Shown: positions 41,811-52,754 of the stretch, piece by piece | How positions within the stretch are numbered: position 1 is the first letter of the stretch | How the letters are laid out: every line of letters starts with the position of its first letter | NCBI GenBank assembly: GCA_963708135.1 | Contig: OY970192.1 | Span: 1,728,001-1,792,000 of the forward strand | Length of the DNA stretch: 64,000 nt | Direction: 5' to 3' | DNA from: an uncultured Gemmatimonadales bacterium | GTDB taxonomy: Bacteria; Gemmatimonadota; Gemmatimonadetes; Longimicrobiales; RSA9 | Program-made: the position numbers and the translations under genes | Notes under the pieces: model-generated | Told to the model about the DNA's origin: nothing | Database searches by the model: none | What the model saw: only the letters and a program-made list of their open reading frames with translations

Positions 41811-43061
41811 TCAGGCGCTCGCGCACAGGCACGTGTGGCTCGAGCCGGCCAATGTGCAGGCCCCGGCGGCGCACTCGCACGCCAGGCGCAACACCGTCGG
41901 TACCGCGTTCGCCCGCGGCACCGACGAGTGGCCGGCCCCTCGAACCCGCTTCCATTCGGCGCGCCACCCGCGCAGGAGGGAAGCATCGTGCGCATTCCCT
42001 CCATTCACCACCGCAGCCAACAACGCGTACGCCCAGCGCCGGCGCCCTGCGAGCTCGATCAGGTCGGAGGCCAGGCTCCCGCCGTAGAGCACGCGGCGGA
42101 CACGTCGCGCGACCGCGAATTCCCGCTCCAGGTTGGACCTGGCGATGGCCGGATAGCGCGCGAAGGTGCCGTCGCGCTCGAACGCCTCCGCAAGGAAGTC
42201 CGCCGAGCGGATCGCGTTCTGGATGCCTTCGCCAGTGGCGGGATCGGCGAAGCCCGCAGCATCCCCCAGCAGGGCGTAGTCCCGCTGAGCCAGAAGCGCA
42301 TAGTACGGGAGCGGGATCGCGGCGGTGCCGATCACGGCACCGGCACGCGCGCCGGCCGTGCAGCCGCACCGCCCCAGTGCGTCCCAGTAGGCATCCACCT
42401 CCGCGTCCAACCGACGCCGGTTCCACGTGCGCGGCGCCACGCCCACCCCGATCGAACGGTGAGCCGGGCGGGGAAATTCCCAGGCGTAGCCGTGCATGCC
42501 CGGAAAGAAGCGGAGGCCGATGGCCTCCGGCGTGGTTCCGGCGCCCGGGGCGTACGCCACGCGCGCTGGCGCCAGCTCGATCCTCAGCTCCGGTGCGACG
42601 ACGGCCCGGACGCGGCTCGCGGCGCCGTCGGCGCCAACGAGCAGGCGAACGTGGGCAACCCCGCCATCGCTGGTCTCCAGACACCACCCGTCGGAATGCC
42701 GGAGGATCCGACGCACGCCCATGGGCTCGAAGCTGGCGCCGGCCCTCCGTGCACGGGCGAGCTGCCAGGCACCAAGCTCACGTCTGGAGAGGACGTACAG
42801 GGGTCGCTCGAGCGGCACCCGGACCTCCGTTGCCCGTGTCTCCAGGCGGACCGCTTCGATGCGCCGCGCCCGTGAACAGAGCTCGCCGAGATCCGGCACG
42901 TTCTCCAGCGCGGCCGCCGTCAGTCCACCTCCGCACGGCTTCTCCCAAGGCGCATGGGGATCGAACAGGACCACCTCCGCACCCGCCAGTGCGAGGCGCT
43001 CGGCCGCCCTGGCGCCCGCCGGACCGGCGCCCACGATCCCGATCTGCCCATTGATACGCAT
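41811..43061 (-). CDS. Geranylgeranyl reductase-family FAD oxidoreductase
   Basis: IVGAGPAG, EKPCGGG, VGADGA.S, GYAWEFP, GDAAGFADPATGEGI. Confidence 0.9.
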   Translation of the reverse strand: MRINGQIGIVGAGPAGARAAERLALAGAEVVLFDPHAPWEKPCGGGLTAAALENVPDLGELCSRARRIEAVRLETRATEVRVPLERPLYVLSRRELGAWQLARARRAGASFEPMGVRRILRHSDGWCLETSDGGVAHVRLLVGADGAASRVRAVVAPELRIELAPARVAYAPGAGTTPEAIGLRFFPGMHGYAWEFPRPAHRSIGVGVAPRTWNRRRLDAEVDAYWDALGRCGCTAGARAGAVIGTAAIPLPYYALLAQRDYALLGDAAGFADPATGEGIQNAIRSADFLAEAFERDGTFARYPAIARSNLEREFAVARRVRRVLYGGSLASDLIELAGRRRWAYALLAAVVNGGNAHDASLLRGWRAEWKRVRGAGHSSVPRANAVPTVLRLACECAAGACTLAGSSHTCLCASA

Positions 43062-43121
43062 GTCGGATGTCTCCGTTCTGGTCCGAGCTGGACTTCCTGC
43101 CGGAATCTGTTGCGGTTGCGG

Positions 43122-43157
43122 TGAATGGCGCGTGAGATCGACATGAAGAAGCGCCAA
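43122..43157 (-). promoter_or_regulatory. Partial regulon box
   Basis: TGAA 43122, TGAG 43133, TGAAG 43144; minus-strand CAGATT at 43109-43104; inverted half is poor. Confidence 0.6.
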
Positions 43158-43601
43158 TGCCTCCCGGGGCCCCGAGTCGCCCCTCCATGGAGGGCCTTTG
43201 CGGGGCACACAGCGGGGCAATGATGGGCCCGTATCGAAGGCTCCGCCTGAGTCCACTTGCCGTTACGGAAAGCCCGGTCCCCAGCGCGACCACCAGAGCA
43301 CCGGGAAGAGCACGAAGAACGTGACGAGCCGCTGCCGTGGAACAGCACCAGTCCCCCACTCGCGCGCGCGGCCGACGAGAACACGTCCGCGCCTCTCGAG
43401 GGGTGTGATGTTGATCTCCGGTCGCTTCATCGACATTCTTCTTTCGGAACTCCGCAATGCGGGGCCGGCGACGCGGATCTACGCTCGCGTTCAGCAGCCG
43501 CGCTACGCCGCCAAAGGATGGCGCGCCGCGCGTGAAACCCGCGTGGAATCGTGGTCAATGGCATTTCGTGGTGGCTGGCCACTCTCAACCTGGGTTTGTC
43601 C

Positions 43602-44417
43602 GTGAACACCCCCATCCAGGGCGCTACCGCCCTCTGGCTCGCGCTGGCGATCCCGTCCGCGGCGTTTGCCGCCTACGACCTGGCCCGCAACCAGCCGATC
43701 GCCACCGTCATGCGCTGGGGCTGGGTCCTCGTGATCCTCTATACCGGCCCCGTCGGACTCGTCATCTACCTGCTCGCCTGTCGTGAACCGCTGGCGGGCA
43801 CACACGAGGCCTACGTCGCCCCGCGCTGGAAGCAGGCCGTCGGCTCGACGATCCACTGCGTGGCCGGGGACGCCACCGGAGTCATCCTCGGCGCCGTGGT
43901 AGGCTTCTTCCTCCATCTGAGCCGGATCGGCGACGTCGCCTTCGAGTACGCCGCCGGGTTCGCCTTCGGGCTCCTCATCTTTCAGGCGCTGTTCAGTCGC
44001 ATCATGATGGGCGGCAGCTACTGGAGCGGAGTGCGCAGGACGATCCTCCCCGAATGGCTATCGATGAATGCCCTGATGGGGGGCATGATCCCGGTGATGG
44101 TCCTCCTCATGGACGACGGCTCGGGGCCGACAGGGCTCCGCTTCTGGGGCGTCATGTCGCTGGCCATCTTCGTCGGCGCCCTGGTGGCCTACCCGGTCAA
44201 CCTCTGGCTCGTGGCGCGCGGGCTGAAGCACGGCATGGGGACGGTGCGCGTGCTCGGGCAGGGAGGGCAGCCCCCGGCCGCCGCAGGCGTCGCCTCACAC
44301 GCGGGGCACGGCATGAGCACGCGGCCGCGACCAGGCCGGCGGGAAACCGCTCTCGTCCTGCTGGCCAGCCTCTCGGCGCTCGCGGTCGGGCTCGCCATCG
44401 CGTGGGGAATCGGCTGA
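43602..44417 (+). CDS. DUF4396-family membrane protein
   Basis: LYTGP.GL, WKQAVGSTIHCVAGDATG, AYPVNLWLV..GLKHGM; start uncertain (43551 or 43602). Confidence 0.85.
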   Translation: MNTPIQGATALWLALAIPSAAFAAYDLARNQPIATVMRWGWVLVILYTGPVGLVIYLLACREPLAGTHEAYVAPRWKQAVGSTIHCVAGDATGVILGAVVGFFLHLSRIGDVAFEYAAGFAFGLLIFQALFSRIMMGGSYWSGVRRTILPEWLSMNALMGGMIPVMVLLMDDGSGPTGLRFWGVMSLAIFVGALVAYPVNLWLVARGLKHGMGTVRVLGQGGQPPAAAGVASHAGHGMSTRPRPGRRETALVLLASLSALAVGLAIAWGIG

Positions 44418-44533
44418 TGCGCGCGCCCCGGCTGACCTGGCTGCGCTCGTGAGGGCGACGCAGCCCGGGGAGCCGAGTCTCAGCTCTCGTTGGTGAATCA
44501 GCGTTCATAAAGGAGCGCTTCGCGAGCTGGACA

Positions 44534-44569
44534 TGAAGGCAGACTCACGCCGGTTTCAGTCTCGCTTCA
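44534..44569 (+). promoter_or_regulatory. Regulon box upstream of the AhpD-like gene
   Basis: TGAAG-gcag-ACTCA-N6-TTTCA-N6-CTTCA. Confidence 0.7.
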
Positions 44570-44693
44570 CCCGCGACCGCCTGGTTTCCCCCCGGGGACG
44601 CAGGAGCGCGGCACGGCGCTCCGGTCGCCCCCCGCCGATCCGCGACCAATGGTCGGCACGCCGCCCTGTCGATCGATGGAACAGGAGCACGTC

Positions 44694-45158
44694 ATGGAGA
44701 GCAGGTTGGATTACCGGAACGCGGCGCCGGGCGCGCTGGAGGCCATGCTCGGCCTCGAGCGCTACACCCACGCGAGCGGCCTCGAGCCCTCGCTCCTCGA
44801 GCTCGTCAAGATGCGCGCCTCACAGCTCAACGGCTGCGCTTATTGTCTGGACATGCACAGCAAGGACGCGCGCGCAGCGGGTGAGGCCGAGCAGCGCCTC
44901 TACGTCCTCGCCGCCTGGCGCGAGGCGCCGTTCTACTCGGACCGCGAGCGCGCGGCGCTGGCCTGGACCGAGGCGGTCACGCTCATTTCGGCCAACGACA
45001 TGCCGGATGCCCTCTACGCGCAGGTGCGCGAGCATTTCTCCGAGAAGGAGCTGGTCGACCTCACCCTCGCGATCATCGCCATCAACGGATGGAATCGACT
45101 GGCGATCTCGTTCCGCGCCGAGGTCGGCAGCTATCAGCCCCGCCGCGCGGGAACGTAG
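44694..45158 (+). CDS. Carboxymuconolactone decarboxylase/AhpD-family protein
   Basis: ELVKMRASQLNGCAYCLDMH, INGWNR; AGGAG RBS. Confidence 0.93.
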   Translation: MESRLDYRNAAPGALEAMLGLERYTHASGLEPSLLELVKMRASQLNGCAYCLDMHSKDARAAGEAEQRLYVLAAWREAPFYSDRERAALAWTEAVTLISANDMPDALYAQVREHFSEKELVDLTLAIIAINGWNRLAISFRAEVGSYQPRRAGT

Positions 45159-45167
45159 AGGTGGCCG

Positions 45168-45455
45168 TCAGCCCCCGGAGGTTTCGCCCACGTTCACGCC
45201 TACGGCGAATGGTTCCGCCGTACGTCGCAGCACCCGGACGCGCCAGACCTCCGGTCCCCGCTCGAGGTACTCGAAGTCGAAAGCGTCGTCGCCGCGCGTC
45301 GCCTTGAGCGTGTAGTACATACAGGTGGGGTCGTGGTCGACGACCAGCTCCAGCACCTCGCCGACGGGGACGGCCGCATAGGCCGACATGATGGCGTCAT
45401 AGCGGTCCTTCGGCGGGACGGGGCGCACGTCGAGGAGATGCATTGCAGGGCTCAT
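45168..45455 (-). CDS. DUF2249-domain protein
   Basis: LDVRPVPP, LVVDHDP, FEYLERGPEVWRV. Confidence 0.85.
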   Translation of the reverse strand: MSPAMHLLDVRPVPPKDRYDAIMSAYAAVPVGEVLELVVDHDPTCMYYTLKATRGDDAFDFEYLERGPEVWRVRVLRRTAEPFAVGVNVGETSGG

Positions 45456-46213
45456 CGTGGCTCAACTCCTGAGAGATCGGGCGTCGGATCGAGGCGGAGC
45501 GGCAGCGGCTCCTCCTTGCTGCCGCACCCCCAGGCGCGCTGGCTCAGCCAGGCGTTCCATACGACGCGGAAGCGCGGCGAGCTGGGCGCGAGCGCGAGGG
45601 TGCCGCGGAAGCGGGCGAGCGTGAGGCGGGCCATGAGCGGCCCGATCCCCTGCCCTTCCCGGCCCGCCACCTCCGGCCCACCGCCGAGCAGGCGGATGTG
45701 CCGAAGCGCATCGCCGGCCGTCTGGAGCACGGCAGAATGGGCGTTGGCGAAACCGGGCACGCCAGGATCGGCGTCCCAGGCGAGCGCGAGCGCCTCGGGC
45801 GCATGGCCGGGGAGCGCGCTCCGGAGTCGGGCGGCCTCCTCGGGATCGCTGCCGTGAACGAGCAGCAGCAGCGCGCCCGCGGCCTGATAGGTGGCCATGA
45901 GCTGCGGGAGCCGCGCCGGCGCAATGCTGCCCGGAGGCGCCACGATGGGCGCGCGGAGCCGCTGGGCGAGGCGCGCCAGCGCGGGGTCGGCCGGATCGTC
46001 GCCGGGGCGGAGCCGATAGCCCGCCACGGCGATGCCGTGCCGGTTCAGCCCGTCCAGCCGGCGCTCGAGCAGCTCGGCCGGCAAGCCAGGCTCGATCCCG
46101 TGGCCGTCGCCGGCCACGAGCTCCACGGCGGCCAGCCCGCGGCGCACGCAGGCCGCGGCGAGCTCCTCGAGCGCCAGATCGGGCGCGGCCGAGCTGCTCA
46201 GCGAGAGACGCAC
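45452..46213 (-). CDS. Degenerate xylose-isomerase/AP-endonuclease-2-like TIM barrel protein
   Basis: RLSLSS.AAPD..LEEL...GL.AVEL; LAWD, HIRL, FRGTLAL; ends WGCGSK; GTG start. Confidence 0.65.
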   Translation of the reverse strand: MRLSLSSSAAPDLALEELAAACVRRGLAAVELVAGDGHGIEPGLPAELLERRLDGLNRHGIAVAGYRLRPGDDPADPALARLAQRLRAPIVAPPGSIAPARLPQLMATYQAAGALLLLVHGSDPEEAARLRSALPGHAPEALALAWDADPGVPGFANAHSAVLQTAGDALRHIRLLGGGPEVAGREGQGIGPLMARLTLARFRGTLALAPSSPRFRVVWNAWLSQRAWGCGSKEEPLPLRLDPTPDLSGVEPR

Positions 46214-46215
46214 CG

Positions 46216-46458
46216 TCAGCTCGTGCGCGAGATGCGGACGCGCCAGACGACGGGGCCCTGCTCGAGGTACTCCCAGCCGAAGCGGCCGGCGTGCTCGTAC
46301 TCGAACTGGTAGCGCAGCGGGCGCGGGTCGTGGTCGTTGACCAGAATGAACGCTTCCCCGGGGGCGAGCCCCTCGAAGGTCGCGAAGATGGTGGGGTGCT
46401 TCTCGCGCGGGGGGATGACCCGCACGTCGAGCTCGGCCGGGCCGGTGGTCTCGGGCAT
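46216..46458 (-). CDS. DUF2249-domain protein
   Basis: LDVRVIPPREKH, LVNDHDPRPL, WEYLEQGP.VWRV. Confidence 0.9.
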   Translation of the reverse strand: MPETTGPAELDVRVIPPREKHPTIFATFEGLAPGEAFILVNDHDPRPLRYQFEYEHAGRFGWEYLEQGPVVWRVRISRTS

Positions 46459-46500
46459 GATGCTCTCCGTTGAACGAAGTGATGCGCGGATACTCCGCGC

Positions 46501-47502
46501 TTACGAATCCGCCGCGCGGCGGATGAACACACGTACCAGCTCCCGCCCCTGCGGCCGGACCTCGTAGACGAAGCCGCGCTCGTCGAGGAGCGGCAGGAGA
46601 AATCGCGGCTCGCGCACGTTGATCTGCACGAGCGTCCGTCCCGGAGGCAGCTCCTCCAGCGCGGCGAGGGTGCGGACCATCGGCTCGGGCGGCTCGAGGC
46701 CGCGGACGTCCAGGACCACGACATCGTCGTCCCCCGGCGGCGTGCCATCTCTGGCGGCGGCGGGCGCGTCCTCGGAAGCGCCGGCGCGACCGGGCTCCTC
46801 CGCCGGCCGGGCGGCGCCCAGGTCGCCAGCCGGGGCTTCCGGCCGGTAGAACCAGACGCACCAGTCGTCGTCGGCCAGCCGCTGCGTCCAGTGGGCGAAA
46901 CCCTGTTTCGCGAGCACGGCGTAGAGCGGGACGGGCTCGAAGATGGCCCGCAGCCGCAGCGCGCCGTCGTCGGGGATCTCGCGCCGCGCCGCCATGATCC
47001 GGCTGAACGGCTCCTCGCCTCGACGCAGGTCGTCGCGCACGTCCAGCTCGACGATCCGCTCCGGTGGCAGTGCCGCGAGGGCAGCGGGGGGCGCATCATC
47101 GGCAGCCGGCGCGGCGGCATCACGCAGCGCACGGGCGGCGTCGGCCGACCCGGCGGGTGCGGCGCCGGACCGGTCCGAAATGGTCGCCGGCGCCGGGGCA
47201 TCGCCGCCGCGTGGTGCAGCGGAGGCGCCCGTGGCGGGCGTTCCGGCCGTGCGGCCCGCTGCCTCCGCAGGGCGCGCCCCGACGCCCGCCTCGAGGGCGC
47301 GGTTGAGCTCGCCAACGAGCGCGGCCGGGTCGAGCCCGGCCATGCGCGCGGCCTGCTCGACGGTCACGAGCCGGGCCATGGTCCTGCGCATGATCGGGTT
47401 GCGCAGGCGCTGGAAGGCGGGGGCGAGGCCGGCGAGCAGCTCGACGAAGCGCTCGTCGCGGGCGAGGACCGCGGAGACGCGGTCGGAGGCCCGGATCACC
47501 AT
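46501..47502 (-). CDS. DUF1858-like N-domain + two DUF2249 domains
   Basis: [56 protein letters not shown]. Confidence 0.85.
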   Translation of the reverse strand: MVIRASDRVSAVLARDERFVELLAGLAPAFQRLRNPIMRRTMARLVTVEQAARMAGLDPAALVGELNRALEAGVGARPAEAAGRTAGTPATGASAAPRGGDAPAPATISDRSGAAPAGSADAARALRDAAAPAADDAPPAALAALPPERIVELDVRDDLRRGEEPFSRIMAARREIPDDGALRLRAIFEPVPLYAVLAKQGFAHWTQRLADDDWCVWFYRPEAPAGDLGAARPAEEPGRAGASEDAPAAARDGTPPGDDDVVVLDVRGLEPPEPMVRTLAALEELPPGRTLVQINVREPRFLLPLLDERGFVYEVRPQGRELVRVFIRRAADS

Positions 47503-47831
47503 GCGCCCTCCCGGATCATGCCGGGGTGCCACGCGGGCTCCCAGACGAGGTCGGGGATCACCTCGGCGACGCCCGGGACGCCGGAGACGGCACCGAGGAT
47601 GCCGCTGGTGATGTGCTGCTCCATGGGGCAGCCGCGGGTGGTGAGCGTGTAGGTCACGCGGACGTCGCCGCCATCGATGCCGACCTCGTAGACGAGGCCG
47701 AGCGTGACGATGTCGAGGCCGATCTCCGGGTCGATCACCGTGCGCAGCGCCTCGAGGAGGAGGTCGGGGTCGACGGCCGCGGGCGAACCGGTCGGGGCCG
47801 CGGGGGTGGTGGAGCGCATCTCGTCGTTCAT
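47496..47831 (-). CDS. DUF59 / SufT / PaaD-like Fe-S assembly protein
   Basis: [35 protein letters not shown]. Confidence 0.92.
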   Translation of the reverse strand: MNDEMRSTTPAAPTGSPAAVDPDLLLEALRTVIDPEIGLDIVTLGLVYEVGIDGGDVRVTYTLTTRGCPMEQHITSGILGAVSGVPGVAEVIPDLVWEPAWHPGMIREGAW

Positions 47832-49093
47832 TCAGGCCTCCTGCGAGAAAGGGCCAGCATCTGGACGGCTTCCACGGTCGCGCCGGCCGCGAAGAGCGCT
47901 GAGCCGGCCTGCACGACGGGCGTGGTCCCGAGCGCCACGCCGGCTACGACGCCGCCGGCGCCGAGCGCCAGCAGCCAGACCACGGCGCGCGCCGGGCCGG
48001 GGCTGTAGAGCTGCGCGACCGTCGGCAGCGGCCGCTTCCCGGCGAGCGGGCCGAAGCGATGGTACCAGACCAGGAAGGGAACGATCTTGTAGTAGTGCCC
48101 GGCCACGAAGAGCGTGAAGCCGGCCAGGACCAGCGTGGCGACGTACGCCATGACGAGGCGCGGGGCGGCGGTGCCGTAGTAGAGCGCCGCCGGCGCCAGC
48201 ACGAGGCCGAGCGCCAGGTAGCCCAGCCCGACCGCCGCCAGCGTCATTCCGGCATCGAGCACGGGCTTGCGCCGCTGTCGGTAGAAGGCGCGGGCCTGCA
48301 GCAGGAAGGCGACGGCGCCGCCGCCGATGAGCACGGCCGCCGGCCAGACGCGCAGCGCGGGGCCCGCGTGGTGCAGGAGAACGAGGGTGGCCACGCCGGC
48401 CGTCAGGAGCGCGACCGCCGCGCGGGCGAGGCGCTCGCCCGCGCCGTGGCTGAGCAGGAACATCGGCAGCAGCCGGTTGGCGACGCCGACCACCACCAGC
48501 CCGACCCAGCCGAAGATCGCCACGTGCAGGTGCACGCCGAGGGCGAGGAAGCGGTTCGGTCCCAGGTATCCCCAGCGGAGATTGCCGGCCAGCGCGGAGC
48601 CGAGCAGCACCGTGACGAGCAGGAAGAGATCTGCCCCCGCGAGCGCCCACCAGGTGACGCCGCGCTCCGCGGCCCGCCGGAGCGTGGCCGCCAGGTTGCC
48701 CGCGAAAAGGAGCAGCGCGCTGGCGAAGGCGGCGGCACCCACCGCCACCACGGCGGTATGGCCCGTCAGCAGCCCCGCCACGAAGACGGCCACGCCTGGC
48801 GCGTACAGCCAGAAGGTGAGGCGCGCGATCCGCTCTGAGCGGATCGACTCGCCGAGCGCCACGGGGAGGAACTGGTAGAGCGCGCCCAGGATCGAGGTGG
48901 TGATCCACCCCAGCGTGAAGAGGTGCGTCACCGCCACGACCCGCGGAAGCGGAAAGAGACCCGCCGCCAGCTCGGGCGCCGCCCATAGCAGGCCGACGGA
49001 GCCGAGCAGCAGAAAACCCAGCGCGGCCGCGAAGTGCCGCGCCGGGAGCGAGAGCGGCGGCGCCTTGGCGGCGGCACCGGTCAGCCCCGGCAT
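47828..49093 (-). CDS. About 12-TM His-containing membrane protein (NnrS/heme-copper subunit I-like)
   Basis: [46 protein letters not shown]. Confidence 0.78.
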   Translation of the reverse strand: MPGLTGAAAKAPPLSLPARHFAAALGFLLLGSVGLLWAAPELAAGLFPLPRVVAVTHLFTLGWITTSILGALYQFLPVALGESIRSERIARLTFWLYAPGVAVFVAGLLTGHTAVVAVGAAAFASALLLFAGNLAATLRRAAERGVTWWALAGADLFLLVTVLLGSALAGNLRWGYLGPNRFLALGVHLHVAIFGWVGLVVVGVANRLLPMFLLSHGAGERLARAAVALLTAGVATLVLLHHAGPALRVWPAAVLIGGGAVAFLLQARAFYRQRRKPVLDAGMTLAAVGLGYLALGLVLAPAALYYGTAAPRLVMAYVATLVLAGFTLFVAGHYYKIVPFLVWYHRFGPLAGKRPLPTVAQLYSPGPARAVVWLLALGAGGVVAGVALGTTPVVQAGSALFAAGATVEAVQMLALSRRRPE

Positions 49094-49176
49094 CGGCGGC
49101 AGTCGCGCGTCATCCCGGGGTAGGCAATCTGCGCCAGTGCGGAGCGCACCGAGTCTTCCGTGAGATTGCTCGTCAT
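49081..49176 (-). pseudogene. 5' remnant of an Mrp/ApbC-like (DUF59 N-terminus) gene
   Basis: GAGGAG RBS then MTSNLTEDSVRSALAQIAYPGMTRD, cut after about 25 codons. Confidence 0.6.
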
Positions 49177-49263
49177 TCGTGGTCTCCTCGTCCAGGATGA
49201 GGCCGCGCCGGCGCGGACGCTGTGACGCGCATCACGGGCGCCTCGCCCGTCCCTGGCCCGCAC

Positions 49264-50982
<1,719 letters not shown>

Positions 50983-51043
50983 GGCCCTCCCTCCGTTCCG
51001 GATCCCGCCTCGCCTGTCCACAACGTCGACGGCCCGCGGCCAT

Positions 51044-51067
51044 TTGTCAAGGCAATTGCCTTGACAA
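51044..51067. promoter_or_regulatory. Perfect 24-bp palindromic operator carrying TTGACA on both strands
   Basis: TTGTCAAGGCAATTGCCTTGACAA; -10-like CATGCT (51084) and GACGTT (51027-51022), each 17 nt away. Confidence 0.85.
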
Positions 51068-51169
51068 TCCCCCGCTCTTGTGGCATGCTGCGATGCGGGG
51101 CCGGACGACGGGCGCACCTGCGCGCTGCGCTGCCGCGGCCGCGGGAACACGAAACGACCGGAGGGCACG

Positions 51170-51937
51170 ATGGCGGAAGCCGGGCTACAGGACGTTGCGG
51201 GCCGAACGGTGGGTGAGCTGGTGACGGAGGACTATCGGCGCGCGGAGGTGTTCGCGCGCTTCGGCGTGGATTTCTGTTGCGGCGGCGAGCGCACGGTCGC
51301 GGCCGCCTGCGACGCGGCGGGCGCGGACGCGGGCGCGCTCGCATCGGCCCTGGGCGAGCTGGAGCGCGCGGGCGGCGAGGCCCGCGCGGACACGGGGCGC
51401 TGGGAGCTGGACGCGCTGGCGCGTCACATCGTGGACACGCACCACGCGTACGTGCGCGAGACCTCGCCGCTGCTGCTGCGGCTTTCGGCCACGGTGGCGG
51501 GCGTGCACGGCGCGTCGCATCCGGAGCTGGCGCAGATGCGGGTGCTGATCACGGACCTGACGGACGAGCTGGCGGCGCATATGGAGAAGGAGGAGCAGTT
51601 CCTCTTCCCGCGCGTCGAGGCGCTGGCGGAGGCGCGGCGCGCGCCGGAGTCGGCGCGTGCGGGCGGCGCGACCTCGCCGGTGGACGAGGACGCGATACGC
51701 GGCCCGCTCTCGGCGCTGGAGGACGACCACGCGCTCGCGGGCGAGCTCACGGCGCGGCTGCGCGAGCTGAGCGGCGGCTACGCGCCACCGGAGGACGCGT
51801 GCGGCAGCTACCGTCTGCTGTACGCGAAGCTGGAGGAGTTCGAGTCGGACCTGCACCGGCACGTGCACCTGGAGAACAACGTGCTGTTCCCGGGCGCCCT
51901 GTCCCTCGCGCGCACGCTGGCGGGCGCGGAGGCATAG
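51170..51937 (+). CDS. ric: RIC/YtfE/ScdA iron-centre repair di-iron protein
   Basis: DFCCGG, HHAYV, HMEKEE..LFP, EDDH, ACGSY, HVHLENNVLF. Confidence 0.95.
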   Translation: MAEAGLQDVAGRTVGELVTEDYRRAEVFARFGVDFCCGGERTVAAACDAAGADAGALASALGELERAGGEARADTGRWELDALARHIVDTHHAYVRETSPLLLRLSATVAGVHGASHPELAQMRVLITDLTDELAAHMEKEEQFLFPRVEALAEARRAPESARAGGATSPVDEDAIRGPLSALEDDHALAGELTARLRELSGGYAPPEDACGSYRLLYAKLEEFESDLHRHVHLENNVLFPGALSLARTLAGAEA

Positions 51938-52056
51938 TGGCGCTGGACGGGGCGGCCCAGGCTGGCGGCGTGGCCGCGGTGCGCGGCCGGGGAGCGGAAG
52001 GCGACCCGGCTGGAGCCGGCGTCGCCGGCGGCGCGCCGGGCCTGTGTGCGCCGGGC

Positions 52057-52671
52057 ATGAGTGAGAGCCGGCGCCGGGCCCTGCGCGAGCTGAAGCGGCT
52101 GGGCCGCGCGACGATCCCGGACCTCGCGACGCTGCTCGAGCTGAACGTCGAGACCGTGCGCGAGCACGTGAAGGTGCTGGCGTCGCAGGGCCTGGTGCGG
52201 CGCGACGGTACGCGCGGCGAGGGCCCGGGCCGGCCGGAGCTTCTGTATGCGCTGACGGCGGAGGCGGAGCCGCTCTTCCCGCGCCGCGAGGGCGAGCTGC
52301 TGCGAGAGCTGGCGGCCTACCTGCGCGAGACCGGCCGCGAGGACGTGCTGACGGATTTCTTCGATCGCTTCCTCGAGCGACGTCGCGGAGAAGCGCTCGC
52401 GCGCGTGTCGGGCCTCGAGGGCCGGGAGCGGCTCGAGGAGGCCGCGCGCATCCTGTCCGAGCAGGGCTTCATGGCCCTCGTCGAGGACGCCCCCGGCGGT
52501 GCGCGCCTGCGCCTGTGCCACTGCCCGTTCCGCGAGCTGATCCGCGAGACGCGCGCGCCGTGCCACGCCGAGGTCGGCTTCGTGCGCGAGCTGATGGGCG
52601 AGCGGCTCACGCGCGTGAGCTACATGCCGGCCGGCGACGCGGCCTGCTCGTACGCCGCGGGGAGAGCGTGA
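52057..52671 (+). CDS. SufR-like HTH regulator with C-terminal Cys cluster
   Basis: HTH, GPGRP..LYALT, FPRR, HCPF...CHAE...CSY; alternative coupled GTG start at 51937. Confidence 0.85.
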   Translation: MSESRRRALRELKRLGRATIPDLATLLELNVETVREHVKVLASQGLVRRDGTRGEGPGRPELLYALTAEAEPLFPRREGELLRELAAYLRETGREDVLTDFFDRFLERRRGEALARVSGLEGRERLEEAARILSEQGFMALVEDAPGGARLRLCHCPFRELIRETRAPCHAEVGFVRELMGERLTRVSYMPAGDAACSYAAGRA

Positions 52672-52754
52672 GGTGTGACGGCGTCGAGGCCGCACGGTTG
52701 TAACCACCACTCGGCCGCTGTTCGTCCGCACCCCCCTCCATACGATCGCAGCCG

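Noticed and set aside
43263..43457. 64-aa hydrophobic minus-strand ORF
   Set aside because: No RBS or recognisable family; possibly a remnant but unsupported
44494..44507. Extra regulon half-site TGAAT-cagc-GTTCA
   Set aside because: Lacks the 11-bp direct repeats and an associated gene, so not counted as a full box
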